In this document: piece by piece, positions 7,372 through 16,435 of the stretch
How the letters are laid out: each line of letters starts with the position of its first letter
Position numbering within the stretch: the stretch's first letter is position 1
Assembly: GCA_021823425.1 (NCBI GenBank)
Contig: JAKANX010000001.1
Location: 4,068-36,667, forward strand
DNA: 32,600 nucleotides
Source of the DNA: Candidatus Micrarchaeota archaeon
GTDB lineage: Archaea > Micrarchaeota > Micrarchaeia > Anstonellales > Bilamarchaeaceae
Direction: 5' to 3'
The notes under the pieces: generated by a model
Seen by the model: only the letters and a program-made list of their open reading frames with translations
Told to the model about the DNA's origin: nothing
The model's database searches: none
Program-made: the position numbers and the translations under genes

Positions 7372-8691
7372 ATGGACCCCGACAGCATCCTTTCCACGCT
7401 TTCAAAGCTGGGTTTCTACGCGGACGTACGCACCATTTCCGGCACTTCCTCCTCGGTTTCAAGCGAGGACGGAAGAATCACGGGAACGCAGGGCGGAGTG
7501 TCCGGAATAGGCGTGCGCGCCCTAATCGGCGGCAGTTTCGGATACGCGTGGAGCACGCGCATTTCAGATTTTCCGGATTTGCTAAAGCGCGCCGAGCGCC
7601 TCGCAAGGCTGAGCAAGGGCGACGCCTCGCTCGTTGAACTAAAGCCAGTGCAGGCCGAAACAGGAAGCCTCGCGCAGTTCCCGGACGCAGGAGAAAAGGT
7701 GGCTATGCTCAAGGAGGCAGGGAAGTTCGCGCTCTCCGAGAAATGCAGGAACGCCACGCTCTCGCTGCGCGACTCCAACCTTGAGAAGACATTCCTGAGC
7801 AGCGAGGGCGCACGCATAGTCCAGAAGGAAAGCTACGCCTATTTCGCGGCCACTTCAATAGCAAAAGAGGGCACGCAGATACAGAGAGGAATAGACAGGC
7901 TCGCCTCGCGCAAGGGATGCGTGAAAATGGATTTTTCCAAAATAGCCCAAAACGCGCGCGAGAGCGCAGAACGGCTTCTGAAGTCCGAGCCTCCGCCCAA
8001 GGGAAGGATGCCCGTGATAATGAACCCGGAAATGGCGGGCGTTTTTTCGCACGAGGCGGTCGGGCACGCGAGCGAGGGCGACAGCATAGTGGAGCGCGAG
8101 TCCGTTTTCGCCGGAAAATTGGGGCAGAAGCTCGGCAGCGAGCTGGTGAGCATAACCGACGACCCCACGTTCTCAGATTTCGGGCAGTACTTTTACGACG
8201 ACGAGGGCGCGAAGGCCGAGCCCGCCCCGATTATAGAAAAGGGGGTGCTCAAGGGCTACCTCCACTCCCGCCAGAGCGCATCCGCGCTCAATTCAAAAAC
8301 GAACGGCCACGCGCGCTCCGAAGGGTACGATTACGCGCCGATTGTGCGCATGTCCAACACCCTCTTCTCAAAAGGCAACAGCCCTGAGTCCGAGGTCTTC
8401 GGCGTAAAGGAGGGCATATACGCAATCGGGATGAAGGGCGGCAGCGTGGACATATTCAGCGGCGACTTCATGTTCGCGGCCAAGGAGGCCTACATGGTGC
8501 GCAACGGCTCCAAGGAGAAGCTGCTGCGCGACGTCACAATCAGCGGCAACATAATGGACGCGCTCGCGAACGTTGAATCCGTGGGCAAGGACTGGGGCAC
8601 GAGCCCGGGCTTCTGCGGCAAGTTCGGCCAGAGCGCTCCGGTGAGCGACGGCGGCCCGCACATCCGCGTTTCCGGGATAAAGGTAGGCTGA
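7372..8691 (+). CDS. tldD: TldD/PmbA-family metalloprotease
   Basis: HEAVGHASEGD is the TldD HExxxH metal site. The 439-aa length and the glycine-rich C-terminal region (GFCGKFGQSAPVSDGGPHIRV) also fit the family. Confidence 0.85.
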   Translation: MDPDSILSTLSKLGFYADVRTISGTSSSVSSEDGRITGTQGGVSGIGVRALIGGSFGYAWSTRISDFPDLLKRAERLARLSKGDASLVELKPVQAETGSLAQFPDAGEKVAMLKEAGKFALSEKCRNATLSLRDSNLEKTFLSSEGARIVQKESYAYFAATSIAKEGTQIQRGIDRLASRKGCVKMDFSKIAQNARESAERLLKSEPPPKGRMPVIMNPEMAGVFSHEAVGHASEGDSIVERESVFAGKLGQKLGSELVSITDDPTFSDFGQYFYDDEGAKAEPAPIIEKGVLKGYLHSRQSASALNSKTNGHARSEGYDYAPIVRMSNTLFSKGNSPESEVFGVKEGIYAIGMKGGSVDIFSGDFMFAAKEAYMVRNGSKEKLLRDVTISGNIMDALANVESVGKDWGTSPGFCGKFGQSAPVSDGGPHIRVSGIKVG

Positions 8692-8692
8692 A

Positions 8693-9247
8693 ATGGGAAA
8701 CTGGAACGTTTTCGATAAGTTCCTAGCAAGGCGCAGGCTCGCGCAAATCCTAATGCGCATTCCTCCGAATGCTTCGGTGTGCGACATAGGCTGCGGGCCC
8801 GGGGGCGCGCTGCTTTTTTCCATCCGCAACAGGATAAGAAAAGGGATAGGCATAGACCGCCGCGTGGATTCGGTAAAAGACGACAAGATAGAGCTTATGA
8901 ACGCGGACATAGACGGAAAGAGGCTTCCGCTTGAAGACAATAGCGTGGACTGCGTGATTTTCCTCGCCGTATTGGAGCACCTCCGCGAGCCCCAGAAAAC
9001 AATTGCGGAAATACGGCGCATACTCGCCAAAGGCGGCGTGCTGGTAATGACCACCCCTGCTCCGGCGAGCAAGCCCGTGTTGGAATCCCTATCGTCAGTT
9101 GGAATACTGGACAGGGACGAGATAATGGACCACAAGAAATACTGGAATAAGGGGGAAATAGAATCCCTCCTTCGCGCCTCCGGCTTTTCCGAAGTTGATT
9201 TCTCTTATTTCCAGTTCGGGCTCAACCAGCGCGCGGTTGCCAAATGA
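8693..9247 (+). CDS. class I SAM-dependent methyltransferase
   Basis: VCDIGCGPGGALL is SAM-binding motif I. It is followed by VDCVIFLAVLEHL and GGVLVMTTP, typical of the Methyltransf_11/25 type. The start is 1 nt after the tldD stop. Confidence 0.75.
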   Translation: MGNWNVFDKFLARRRLAQILMRIPPNASVCDIGCGPGGALLFSIRNRIRKGIGIDRRVDSVKDDKIELMNADIDGKRLPLEDNSVDCVIFLAVLEHLREPQKTIAEIRRILAKGGVLVMTTPAPASKPVLESLSSVGILDRDEIMDHKKYWNKGEIESLLRASGFSEVDFSYFQFGLNQRAVAK

Positions 9248-9249
9248 AA

Positions 9250-11304
9250 TCATTTGAGCTTGAACAGGAAGAACGCTCCGTTGCCGCCCGTATTCTGGAA
9301 CTGCGCCGATGTTGCGTACTGGTCCAGCTTTGCCTGCACGCCCTGCGTTCCCGCGCCCTTCGCGCATGAAACGTCAAATATCATGTATTGGTAGCCGTGG
9401 GCCTTCATGAAATCCGCGACCTCGGACGCGGTCCTGTTGAACGCCGTCTTCTTGAAATTCAGGTAATCGGCGTTCCACGGCTCCGAGAGCTTGTCAAACC
9501 CGGCTATTCGGGAATCCGGGGCGCATAACGGCATAACCTTGGTGTCCGCAGGCAGGGACATGAGGGAAACGTAGCCTGCGAGCTCCTCCTGCGCGCTCCA
9601 CATCGCTCCCGGGGGCCACATAGCGGTCTGCACTGCCATGCGCGGCTCTATGCTGGTGATGTAAAGGACGACGAACACGGCAAGCGCGGCAACTATCCTG
9701 AGGGCGCCCGAAGACGAATAGACCTCGAGCTTCCCCCCTTCCTCTTTCGCCCTGTACTCGCCTTCAGCGCCCTCGCTGTTCTTGGCCTTGAAAATGATTT
9801 CATTCTCGCCTTTTTCCAAAATGGAAATCGAGGAGAGCGCCTGCTTGTTGTCCGCGCTTTTAACTCCGCCGGAGATTGCGGAAAGGCTTCCCTGCCCATC
9901 GAACAAATGCGAATAGAATCTTTTGGGCAGCCTCGTGAACGCGTATGCCGCCAGCGCGGCCGCAGGCACCGAAAGGAAAACCCAGAACCTATGCGGGAAC
10001 AGCTTGAGCGGGAGCGCGTTGCCCTCGGTTCCCAATATCCCGATTATGAAGAACACGGCGAGGAAAACCAGGGTGGAATCCCATTTCCCCTTCCTCGCGT
10101 CATTTGCAATGTAAGCGAGCGCGAGCGCGTCCAGCAGGATTATCGCAAGCCCTATTCCCGTAGCCTGGTCTATCTTGCTTGCAGCTGGCGGGAATATGTA
10201 GTCGTCCAGCCCGTACACCACCCCCCCGGACGTGTCGTCGGTGCTCCCTCCCTGCAAAAATGAGCCTGAAAACCCGATTCCGGCGAAGAACTGCTCCTTT
10301 CCGAATTTCAAATACGCGGGGCCCCAGAACACTATGAACGAAAGGATAAGCCCTGCGGCCAGCGCAATGAAAATGTTCTTCGCAACCTCCCTGTTTCCCA
10401 AAGCCGCCTTGACGACAAGGAACGAAGCCGTTATGACGCCGAAAGTGACTGCGACCGAAGGCTGGGTAACCAGCACCGCAGCGACCGAAAGGACCGCGGC
10501 AGGAAGCATCTTCGCGTCCTTTTCCAGCCGCGAGAGCATTATGAAAGAAACTAGCATGAGCATTATCGCCAGCGTCTGCGACCATATGAAATGGCTCATG
10601 AAGCCCGGTATTGAGGCGACGAACAGCGCGGCAATTGCAGCGAGCCATCCTGATTCGGGAAGCGCCTCGCGCAGCCACACGTAGAGCGCCAGCACGGCCA
10701 GCCCCGCGAGAAGGGCGTTGAAGAATTTCATCGTTGTTTGCGTGGAGTCGTTGAGCTCCCTCAGCACCCCGAGGAGGATGTCAAAGGCAGGGGGGTAGGG
10801 CTCCAAGTACCACCTGTCGAATTCCGCTATGGAAGGCGCGACCGGCCTGTGCCCAGAGAAAGTGTGCGCCACCTGGCTCACCCCGAGCGCATGCACCCAA
10901 GGGTCGTCGTCCTCCAAATAAGGGTATGAAAAAGCCCCGGAAAGCAGTATTCCGAACATGAGGACAGCTGCAAGCACGCCCACTGCGTCGCGCGCGTCCA
11001 CGTTCTCTAGCACCATTTCCCTAATTCCGCCGCTGGTTTTGGCGTGCTTCTTCTCCCCGCCCATGCGCTCCTGCTTTTCATCCACCAATTTGAGCCTCGC
11101 TGCAGCGCCTATCGCGCCGAGGGCGAGGAAAACCAGCCAATGCAGCGGAATTGAGATTACCGAAAAGAAGGTCATCGCCACAACGAGCGCGGGAAATCCG
11201 AAAAGCGGCGCCTTCCACCCCCGTTCGCCCGTTACAGCGTAGCCGTACAGATAAGCCGAAACCAGAAGCCATATGACCGAGAACAACAAATAGCCCACCC
11301 TCAT
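9250..11304 (-). CDS. polytopic membrane protein, probable GT-C-fold glycosyltransferase (ArnT/PMT-like) with a C-terminal soluble domain
   Basis: Many hydrophobic helices. An acidic loop, YPYLEDDDPWVHA, follows an early TM segment, as in GT-C enzymes. The gene sits in a glycosylation cluster. No WWDYG motif is present, so I do not call it AglB. Confidence 0.5.
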   Translation of the reverse strand: MRVGYLLFSVIWLLVSAYLYGYAVTGERGWKAPLFGFPALVVAMTFFSVISIPLHWLVFLALGAIGAAARLKLVDEKQERMGGEKKHAKTSGGIREMVLENVDARDAVGVLAAVLMFGILLSGAFSYPYLEDDDPWVHALGVSQVAHTFSGHRPVAPSIAEFDRWYLEPYPPAFDILLGVLRELNDSTQTTMKFFNALLAGLAVLALYVWLREALPESGWLAAIAALFVASIPGFMSHFIWSQTLAIMLMLVSFIMLSRLEKDAKMLPAAVLSVAAVLVTQPSVAVTFGVITASFLVVKAALGNREVAKNIFIALAAGLILSFIVFWGPAYLKFGKEQFFAGIGFSGSFLQGGSTDDTSGGVVYGLDDYIFPPAASKIDQATGIGLAIILLDALALAYIANDARKGKWDSTLVFLAVFFIIGILGTEGNALPLKLFPHRFWVFLSVPAAALAAYAFTRLPKRFYSHLFDGQGSLSAISGGVKSADNKQALSSISILEKGENEIIFKAKNSEGAEGEYRAKEEGGKLEVYSSSGALRIVAALAVFVVLYITSIEPRMAVQTAMWPPGAMWSAQEELAGYVSLMSLPADTKVMPLCAPDSRIAGFDKLSEPWNADYLNFKKTAFNRTASEVADFMKAHGYQYMIFDVSCAKGAGTQGVQAKLDQYATSAQFQNTGGNGAFFLFKLK

Positions 11305-11364
11305 TCAGATATCAATCAAAAGTATTAAAAATCGTCGTCGCCAACCCTTCCTAAGGTATTCTTC

Positions 11365-12024
11365 ATGTCAATAGCAATACTCCTGCCCACGCTTAACGAG
11401 GAGGAGGGCATCGGCGGGATGATAGACAAGGTTCGGGAGGTTTCCAAGGGCGAGTGGAACGTCTACGTGGTGGACAGCGGCAGCACGGACAAGACCGTGG
11501 AAATCGCCAAGGCGAGGAAGGCGAACCTCATACATCTGGAGAAGAGGGGCAAGGGAATAGCCGTGAAAAAGGCGTTCTCCGCGATTTCCGAGGACTTTTT
11601 GGTGCTAATTGACGCGGACATGAGCTATTCGCCCGAGGACATAAACTGGGTGCTCGGCCAGCTGAAGGCGTGCGACGTGGTGCTAGGCAGCAGGTTCCGC
11701 GGCCACATAGAGAAGGGCGCGATAAGCGGCATGAACATCTTCGGCAACTCCGCGCTCACGGCGATGGCGAACGCGCTCTACGGCAAATCCGTCTCAGATG
11801 TGTGCACGGGGATGTGGGGCTTCACGAAAAAGGCGTACAAGTCCATGGAAATAGACGCCCCGCACTTTGAATTGGAGGTCAATTTCTTCACCCAAGCTGC
11901 AAAGCTGGGGCTCAAGCTCTGCGAAGTCCCCATTTCCTACCAGAAGCGCGCCGGAACGTCAAAGCTGGGGATAGGCGACGGGTTCAAGATAGGTACTTAC
12001 CTCATAACCCACAAGCTCAAGTGA
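11365..12024 (+). CDS. GT2-family glycosyltransferase (dolichyl-phosphate sugar synthase-like)
   Basis: ILLPTLNEEEGIG, VVDSGSTDKT and LIDADMSY (DxD) are typical GT2 N-terminal motifs. Confidence 0.8.
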   Translation: MSIAILLPTLNEEEGIGGMIDKVREVSKGEWNVYVVDSGSTDKTVEIAKARKANLIHLEKRGKGIAVKKAFSAISEDFLVLIDADMSYSPEDINWVLGQLKACDVVLGSRFRGHIEKGAISGMNIFGNSALTAMANALYGKSVSDVCTGMWGFTKKAYKSMEIDAPHFELEVNFFTQAAKLGLKLCEVPISYQKRAGTSKLGIGDGFKIGTYLITHKLK

Positions 12025-12028
12025 TTGC

Positions 12029-12943
12029 ATGGACGTTTTGGTAACAGGGGGCGCCGGATTCATAGGCAGCCACCTCACAGAGTCGCTCCTTGCAGCGGGC
12101 CACCGCGTGACCGTGCTTGATTCATTTGCGAATTCCAAAAGGGAGAGCGTGCCCAAGGGCGCGAAGCTCGTTGAATGGGACGTTTCCAGCGCGCCGGAGC
12201 CCGGAATGCTGGACGGAATTGAAACCGTGTTCCACCTCGCGGCTGACCCTGACGTGAAAGGGAGCGCGCTCCGGCCGAGGGAGAATTTCGTCATAAACGC
12301 AGCCGGGACGTTCAACATGCTCGAAGCGTGCAGAAAATCAGGCGTGAAAAGCTTCGTTTTCACCTCCTCCTCGGTTGTTTACGGCGAGGCCAAGGTGCAG
12401 CCCACCCCGGAGGATTATCCCCCCTCGCCGATTAGCAACTACGCCGCGGGAAAGCTCGCGGGCGAGGCGTACTGCATGAGCTACAGCCACACCTACGGAA
12501 TCAAATCCACGGTTTTGCGCCTCGCCAACATATTCGGGGAACGCAGCACGCACGGCGTGATGTTCGACTTCTACAAAAAGCTCAAAGAACGGCCTTCAAG
12601 GCTCGAAATTCTGGGAAACGGGAAGCAGAGCAAGTCCTACCTCCACGTTTCTGATTGCGTCTCCGGAATGCTCGTTGCCTTTGAAATGCAGAAATCGCAA
12701 TCCGTCGTATTCAACATAGGAAGCAAGGAGAAGCACACCGTGGACGAAATCGCCCAAACGCTCTCCCTTGAGCTGGGCTGCTCGCCCCAGCTCGTGCACC
12801 AAGGGGGAGCGCGCGGCTGGGCAGGGGACGTGCCGGAAATGCTCCTTTCCACCTCTAAGCTAGAATCCCTCGGCTGGAAGCCGAAAATAGCGTTCGGGGA
12901 GGGCGTGAGGCGCTACGCCGCATGGCTTAAAAAGCATTATTAG
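12029..12943 (+). CDS. NAD-dependent sugar-nucleotide epimerase/dehydratase (extended SDR)
   Basis: VTGGAGFIGSHL Rossmann motif, TSSSVVYG, and catalytic YAAGK (YxxxK). Confidence 0.85.
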   Translation: MDVLVTGGAGFIGSHLTESLLAAGHRVTVLDSFANSKRESVPKGAKLVEWDVSSAPEPGMLDGIETVFHLAADPDVKGSALRPRENFVINAAGTFNMLEACRKSGVKSFVFTSSSVVYGEAKVQPTPEDYPPSPISNYAAGKLAGEAYCMSYSHTYGIKSTVLRLANIFGERSTHGVMFDFYKKLKERPSRLEILGNGKQSKSYLHVSDCVSGMLVAFEMQKSQSVVFNIGSKEKHTVDEIAQTLSLELGCSPQLVHQGGARGWAGDVPEMLLSTSKLESLGWKPKIAFGEGVRRYAAWLKKHY

Positions 12944-12964
12944 GCTATATCTAACTGCAATTCC

Positions 12965-13022
12965 GTTTCCAGTTTCGGGTTTCCGGTTTTGGCCGCGGAA
13001 CCCGGAACGCGCAACGCAAAAC
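12965..13022. repeat. heptamer-array palindromic element, copy B, immediately upstream of tRNA-Val
   Basis: Plus strand: GTTTCCA GTTTCGG GTTTCCG GTTTTGG (12965-12992), then CC. Minus strand: GTTTTGC GTTGCGC GTTCCGG GTTCCGC (13022-12995). Confidence 0.7.
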
Positions 13023-13029
13023 GCCCATC

Positions 13030-13102
13030 GGGCCCGTAGTCGAATGGCTAAGACGCTACTCTCACACAGTAGAGATTCGCGGTTCAATCCCGCGCGGGCC
13101 CA
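13030..13102 (+). tRNA. tRNA-Val (anticodon CAC)
   Basis: Manual cloverleaf fold. Acceptor stem GGGCCCG/CGGGCCC, anticodon stem CTACT/AGTAG, loop CTCACAC (U33, CAC, A37), T arm CGCGG-TTCAATC-CCGCG, discriminator A. No CCA is encoded. Confidence 0.9.
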
Positions 13103-13120
13103 AGTATTCATAACCTGGCC

Positions 13121-13190
13121 GTTTCCGGTTTCCTGTTTCGGGTTTCGCAACTGAAAACGGTCTTGCTCAGGAAAACCGGAAACCACAAAC
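13121..13190. repeat. heptamer-array palindromic element, copy C, downstream of tRNA-Val
   Basis: Plus strand: GTTTCCG GTTTCCT GTTTCGG GTTTCGC (13121-13148). Minus strand: GTTTGTG GTTTCCG GTTTTCC (13190-13170), plus an isolated GTTTTCA (13158-13152). CCGTTTCCGGTTTCCTG is near-complementary to CAGGAAAACCGGAAACC. Confidence 0.65.
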
Positions 13191-13206
13191 TTTAACGGTG
13201 ATTACC

Positions 13207-14115
13207 ATGAACATTCTCGTAACCGGGGGCGCGGGCTTCATAGGCTCGAACCTCACGGCAGCGCTTCTAAAAGAGGGCCACCACGTCACGGTGCTGGACA
13301 ACTTCCACTCCGGAAGCGAGCAGAACCTGGAAACCCTGAACGTGAAACTCGTACGGGGCGGCGCAGGCGACTTGGACCATTTGGACGTGGGAAAAGTGGA
13401 AGCCATTTTCCACCAAGGCGTCTATTCCTCCTCGCCCATGTACAAGGAGAACCCCCGCCTCGTCGCAAAGGCCATCGACGACTTCATAGTGCTGCTGGAA
13501 TTCGCGAAAAAGCACAGCGCGCCGGTCGTGTTCGCGTCCACCTCGTCCATGTACAACGGCATCGCCCCCCCGCACAAGGAGGACATAATCCCGAAAGTGA
13601 CCGACTTCTATACTGAAGCGAGGATTGAGATGGAGCGCATGGCCGAGCTCTACCACAAGCTTTACGGCATGAAGATAATCGGGCTGCGCTATTTCTCCGT
13701 CTACGGCCCGCACGAGAGGAGCAAGGGCAAGTACGCCAACCTCGTTTCCCAGTTCATCTGGTCCATGGTGAAAGGGGAGGCGCCCGTGATTTACGGCGAC
13801 GGCTCCCAGACGCGGGACTTCACCTACGTTGACGACATAGTGCGCGCGAACATGATGGCCATGAAATCCAATGTGAAATACGGGATGTTCAACGCGGGCA
13901 CCGGAAGGACATACACCCTGAACCAGCTCGTGGAAATGCTGAACAGGCAGATGGGCACCTCCATTAAGCCGCAGTACATAGAGAACAAGATAAAGAACTA
14001 CGTGCAGGCGACGCTCGCGGATACGTCAAAGGCAAAGGCAGAAATCGGCTTTGAGGCCCAAATCACTCTTGAGCAGGGCATAGGCAAGCTCGTGGCCCTT
14101 GAGAAAGGGAAATGA
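13207..14115 (+). CDS. NAD-dependent epimerase/dehydratase family protein (extended SDR) with an atypical YxxxR at the catalytic position
   Basis: VTGGAGFIGSNL and ASTSSMYNG are present, but the expected YxxxK reads YTEAR. ATG 13207 is preferred over the track start GTG 13198. Confidence 0.8.
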   Translation: MNILVTGGAGFIGSNLTAALLKEGHHVTVLDNFHSGSEQNLETLNVKLVRGGAGDLDHLDVGKVEAIFHQGVYSSSPMYKENPRLVAKAIDDFIVLLEFAKKHSAPVVFASTSSMYNGIAPPHKEDIIPKVTDFYTEARIEMERMAELYHKLYGMKIIGLRYFSVYGPHERSKGKYANLVSQFIWSMVKGEAPVIYGDGSQTRDFTYVDDIVRANMMAMKSNVKYGMFNAGTGRTYTLNQLVEMLNRQMGTSIKPQYIENKIKNYVQATLADTSKAKAEIGFEAQITLEQGIGKLVALEKGK

Positions 14116-15272
14116 TGGACCTCATCATAACCTACCCCTTCATAGTCCAGAAAGGGGGCGCGGACAGGCTTCTATTGGAAATAGCCAAGAAGTTCGATCC
14201 CGTGATTCTTACGTCTTATCACAAGAAGAACTCGTCTTTCCTGGAGCTCGAGGAATTCGACATCCGCCAAATCAAGAGGCCGCTTTTCGAGAGCTCGCTC
14301 TTCATGATACGCGACGACGTGAAGCGCAACCTCATACTCTCCGGGATGAAATACTACGACTACAAGATAAAGGAGGACTACGACGCGATTTGCGCGTTCC
14401 TTCCGGGCCACTGGATAAGGAACAAGAACGAGCGCGTGTGCTGGTACTTCCTCGGGCCTTTACGGACGGCGTTCGATCTTTACGAGGAAAAGGTTTCCAG
14501 GCTCCCGGTCCATAAGCGCTTGCCCATGGACGCGGCCCTCAGCGTCTATCGGCACATGGAAAAGCAGATATGCCCGAAAATAGAGAAGACCGTTTCAGGC
14601 TCCCCTTACATAAACGTGCGCGACTCCGAATTCATACGCAAATACATACAAAAACCGCTGGACACAATCATTCCTCCTGCGGTGGACCACAAGGAGTTCA
14701 GGAACGAGGGCTACGGGAAGTATTTCTTCTACCCCTCGCGCGTTGTCCCGGAAAAGAGGTTCGAGTACGCGATAGACGCGTTCCGCGAATTCAGCAAAAA
14801 AGAGAATGGCTGGAAGCTCGTGCTCTCCGGTTTCCTGCTGGACCGGCCCCGCGAGCGCGCGTACGCGGAAAAGCTCAAGGAGCGCGCGCAGGGCCTTGAC
14901 GTTGAATTCCATTTCAGCCCCCCTGACAAGGAGCTCAAGTCCCTTTACGCCAACTGCCACGCGGTCCTGTTCTGCGCGGTGAACGAGGACTGGGGCTTCA
15001 TACCCTTGGAAGCGATGGCTGCGGAGAAGCCCTGCATATCCGTGAACGAGGGCGGCCCCGTATATTCCATCATTGACGGAAAAACAGGATTCCTAGTGAA
15101 CTCAACCGAGGAAATGGCGCAGAAGATGCTCTACCTCGCCCAGCACCCCGGCGAGAACGAGAAAATGGGCAAGGCGGGCAGGAAAAGGGTGCTGGAGAAC
15201 TACACGTGGGACGTGTTCGCGGACAGGATGAAAACCGCGTTCCGGGAGGCCGCGAAGGGAAGGGATTTCTGA
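14112..15272 (+). CDS. GT4-family glycosyltransferase, paralog 1
   Basis: C-terminal [26 protein letters not shown] is the GT4 E-x7-E region. Clear paralog of 15274-16434 and 18348-19496. ATGA overlap with the upstream stop. Confidence 0.85.
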   Translation: MMDLIITYPFIVQKGGADRLLLEIAKKFDPVILTSYHKKNSSFLELEEFDIRQIKRPLFESSLFMIRDDVKRNLILSGMKYYDYKIKEDYDAICAFLPGHWIRNKNERVCWYFLGPLRTAFDLYEEKVSRLPVHKRLPMDAALSVYRHMEKQICPKIEKTVSGSPYINVRDSEFIRKYIQKPLDTIIPPAVDHKEFRNEGYGKYFFYPSRVVPEKRFEYAIDAFREFSKKENGWKLVLSGFLLDRPRERAYAEKLKERAQGLDVEFHFSPPDKELKSLYANCHAVLFCAVNEDWGFIPLEAMAAEKPCISVNEGGPVYSIIDGKTGFLVNSTEEMAQKMLYLAQHPGENEKMGKAGRKRVLENYTWDVFADRMKTAFREAAKGRDF

Positions 15273-15273
15273 A

Positions 15274-16434
15274 ATGGACGTTTTGCTCTTCTACCCGGCG
15301 ATATTCCAAAAAGGCGGGGGCGACCGCGTAGTCCTTGAATTGGCAAAGAGGTTCAACGCCCCTATCTACACTTCAATTTACAGGAGGGAAACCTCGTACA
15401 ACGAATTCCGCGAGCTTGACGTGCGGGAAATCCGCTCCCCGCTTTTCGAAAAGCCATTCTTCTTCCTCAAGAAAGACTTCGTGTCCTACGCGCTCGCGAC
15501 CGCTGGAATGAAATTCCTCAATTACAAGGTCAGGGAGGATTACGACGTGATAAACGCGCACGCGAATCCCTCGAACTGGATAAGGAACAGGAACGAGCGC
15601 GTGTGCTGGTATTTCTACAGCCCGGTTCGCGGGGCCTACGACCTGTACAAGCAGAAGGTCGCGCACCTGCCCATCCACCAGCGCGCCCTCAAGAACGCGA
15701 TGTTCTCGTGGTACAAATTCTGGGACAGGAGGCTGGACCCGAAGATAGAGAAGACCGTCTCCGTCTCCCCGTACGTGAACGTGCGCGACGAAAAATTCAT
15801 CTCCGAATACGTGCGCAAGCCCGTGGAGCCCATACCCCCGGGCGTGGACCACAGGAAATTCAGGAACGAGGGCTACAGGAAATACTTCCTCTACCCTTCG
15901 CGCATAATCCCGGAAAAGAGGTTTGAATACGCCATAGAGGCGTTCAGGGAATTCTGCAGCAAGCAGAAAGGCTTCAAGCTCGTAATCGCGGGCTTCCTGC
16001 CCTACGGCGACCGGGAGCAGAAATACGCGCAAAGCCTTCGCGAGCTTTCCAAGGGCCTCGACGTGGAATTCAGGTTCAACCCCCCGGACAGGGAGCTCAA
16101 GTCCCTTTACGCCAACTCGTACGCGGTGCTGTTTTCCCCCATGAACGAGGACTGGGGATTAGTTCCTCTGGAAGCCATGTCATCCGAGAAGCCCTGCATC
16201 TCGGTGAACGAGGGCGGGCCCACTTACACTATACACGACGGCGAGACCGGCTTCCTGGTGAATTCGCCGCAGCACATGGCGCAGAAAATGCTCTATCTTG
16301 CGCAGGACCCTGCGGAGAACGAGAAGCTCGGCAGGGCGGGAAGGAAAAGGGTGCTAGCCAACTACACGTGGGAAATATTCCTCAGCAAGATGGAAAAGGC
16401 GCTCAGGGAGGTTGCGAAGGAAAAATCGAAATGA
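15274..16434 (+). CDS. GT4-family glycosyltransferase, paralog 2
   Basis: [26 protein letters not shown]. Colinear with paralog 1 over its full length (386 aa each). Confidence 0.85.
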   Translation: MDVLLFYPAIFQKGGGDRVVLELAKRFNAPIYTSIYRRETSYNEFRELDVREIRSPLFEKPFFFLKKDFVSYALATAGMKFLNYKVREDYDVINAHANPSNWIRNRNERVCWYFYSPVRGAYDLYKQKVAHLPIHQRALKNAMFSWYKFWDRRLDPKIEKTVSVSPYVNVRDEKFISEYVRKPVEPIPPGVDHRKFRNEGYRKYFLYPSRIIPEKRFEYAIEAFREFCSKQKGFKLVIAGFLPYGDREQKYAQSLRELSKGLDVEFRFNPPDRELKSLYANSYAVLFSPMNEDWGLVPLEAMSSEKPCISVNEGGPTYTIHDGETGFLVNSPQHMAQKMLYLAQDPAENEKLGRAGRKRVLANYTWEIFLSKMEKALREVAKEKSK

Positions 16435-16435
16435 T

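Noticed and set aside
9250-11304. The large membrane protein as the oligosaccharyltransferase AglB.
   Set aside because: No WWDYG motif is present anywhere in the translation. Only a generic GT-C-like acidic loop is seen, so the call stays generic.
12961-13022. The heptamer arrays as origin recognition boxes (ORB) of a replication origin, because GTTTCCAG resembles half of the archaeal ORB core.
   Set aside because: The ORB dyad (TCCAGTGGA-like) is absent. There is no extended A/T-rich unwinding element and no orc1/cdc6 gene nearby. One copy lies inside a coding region.
12860-13186. 108-aa minus-strand ORF containing a repeated ETGNG peptide.
   Set aside because: It runs antisense straight through tRNA-Val and both heptamer-array elements. 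The peptide repeat is a by-product of the DNA repeats.
12965-13190. The heptamer arrays as a CRISPR array.
   Set aside because: The units are 7 nt long, contiguous, degenerate and arranged as inverted arrays. There are no spacers, no repeats of 24-40 nt and no cas genes in the window.
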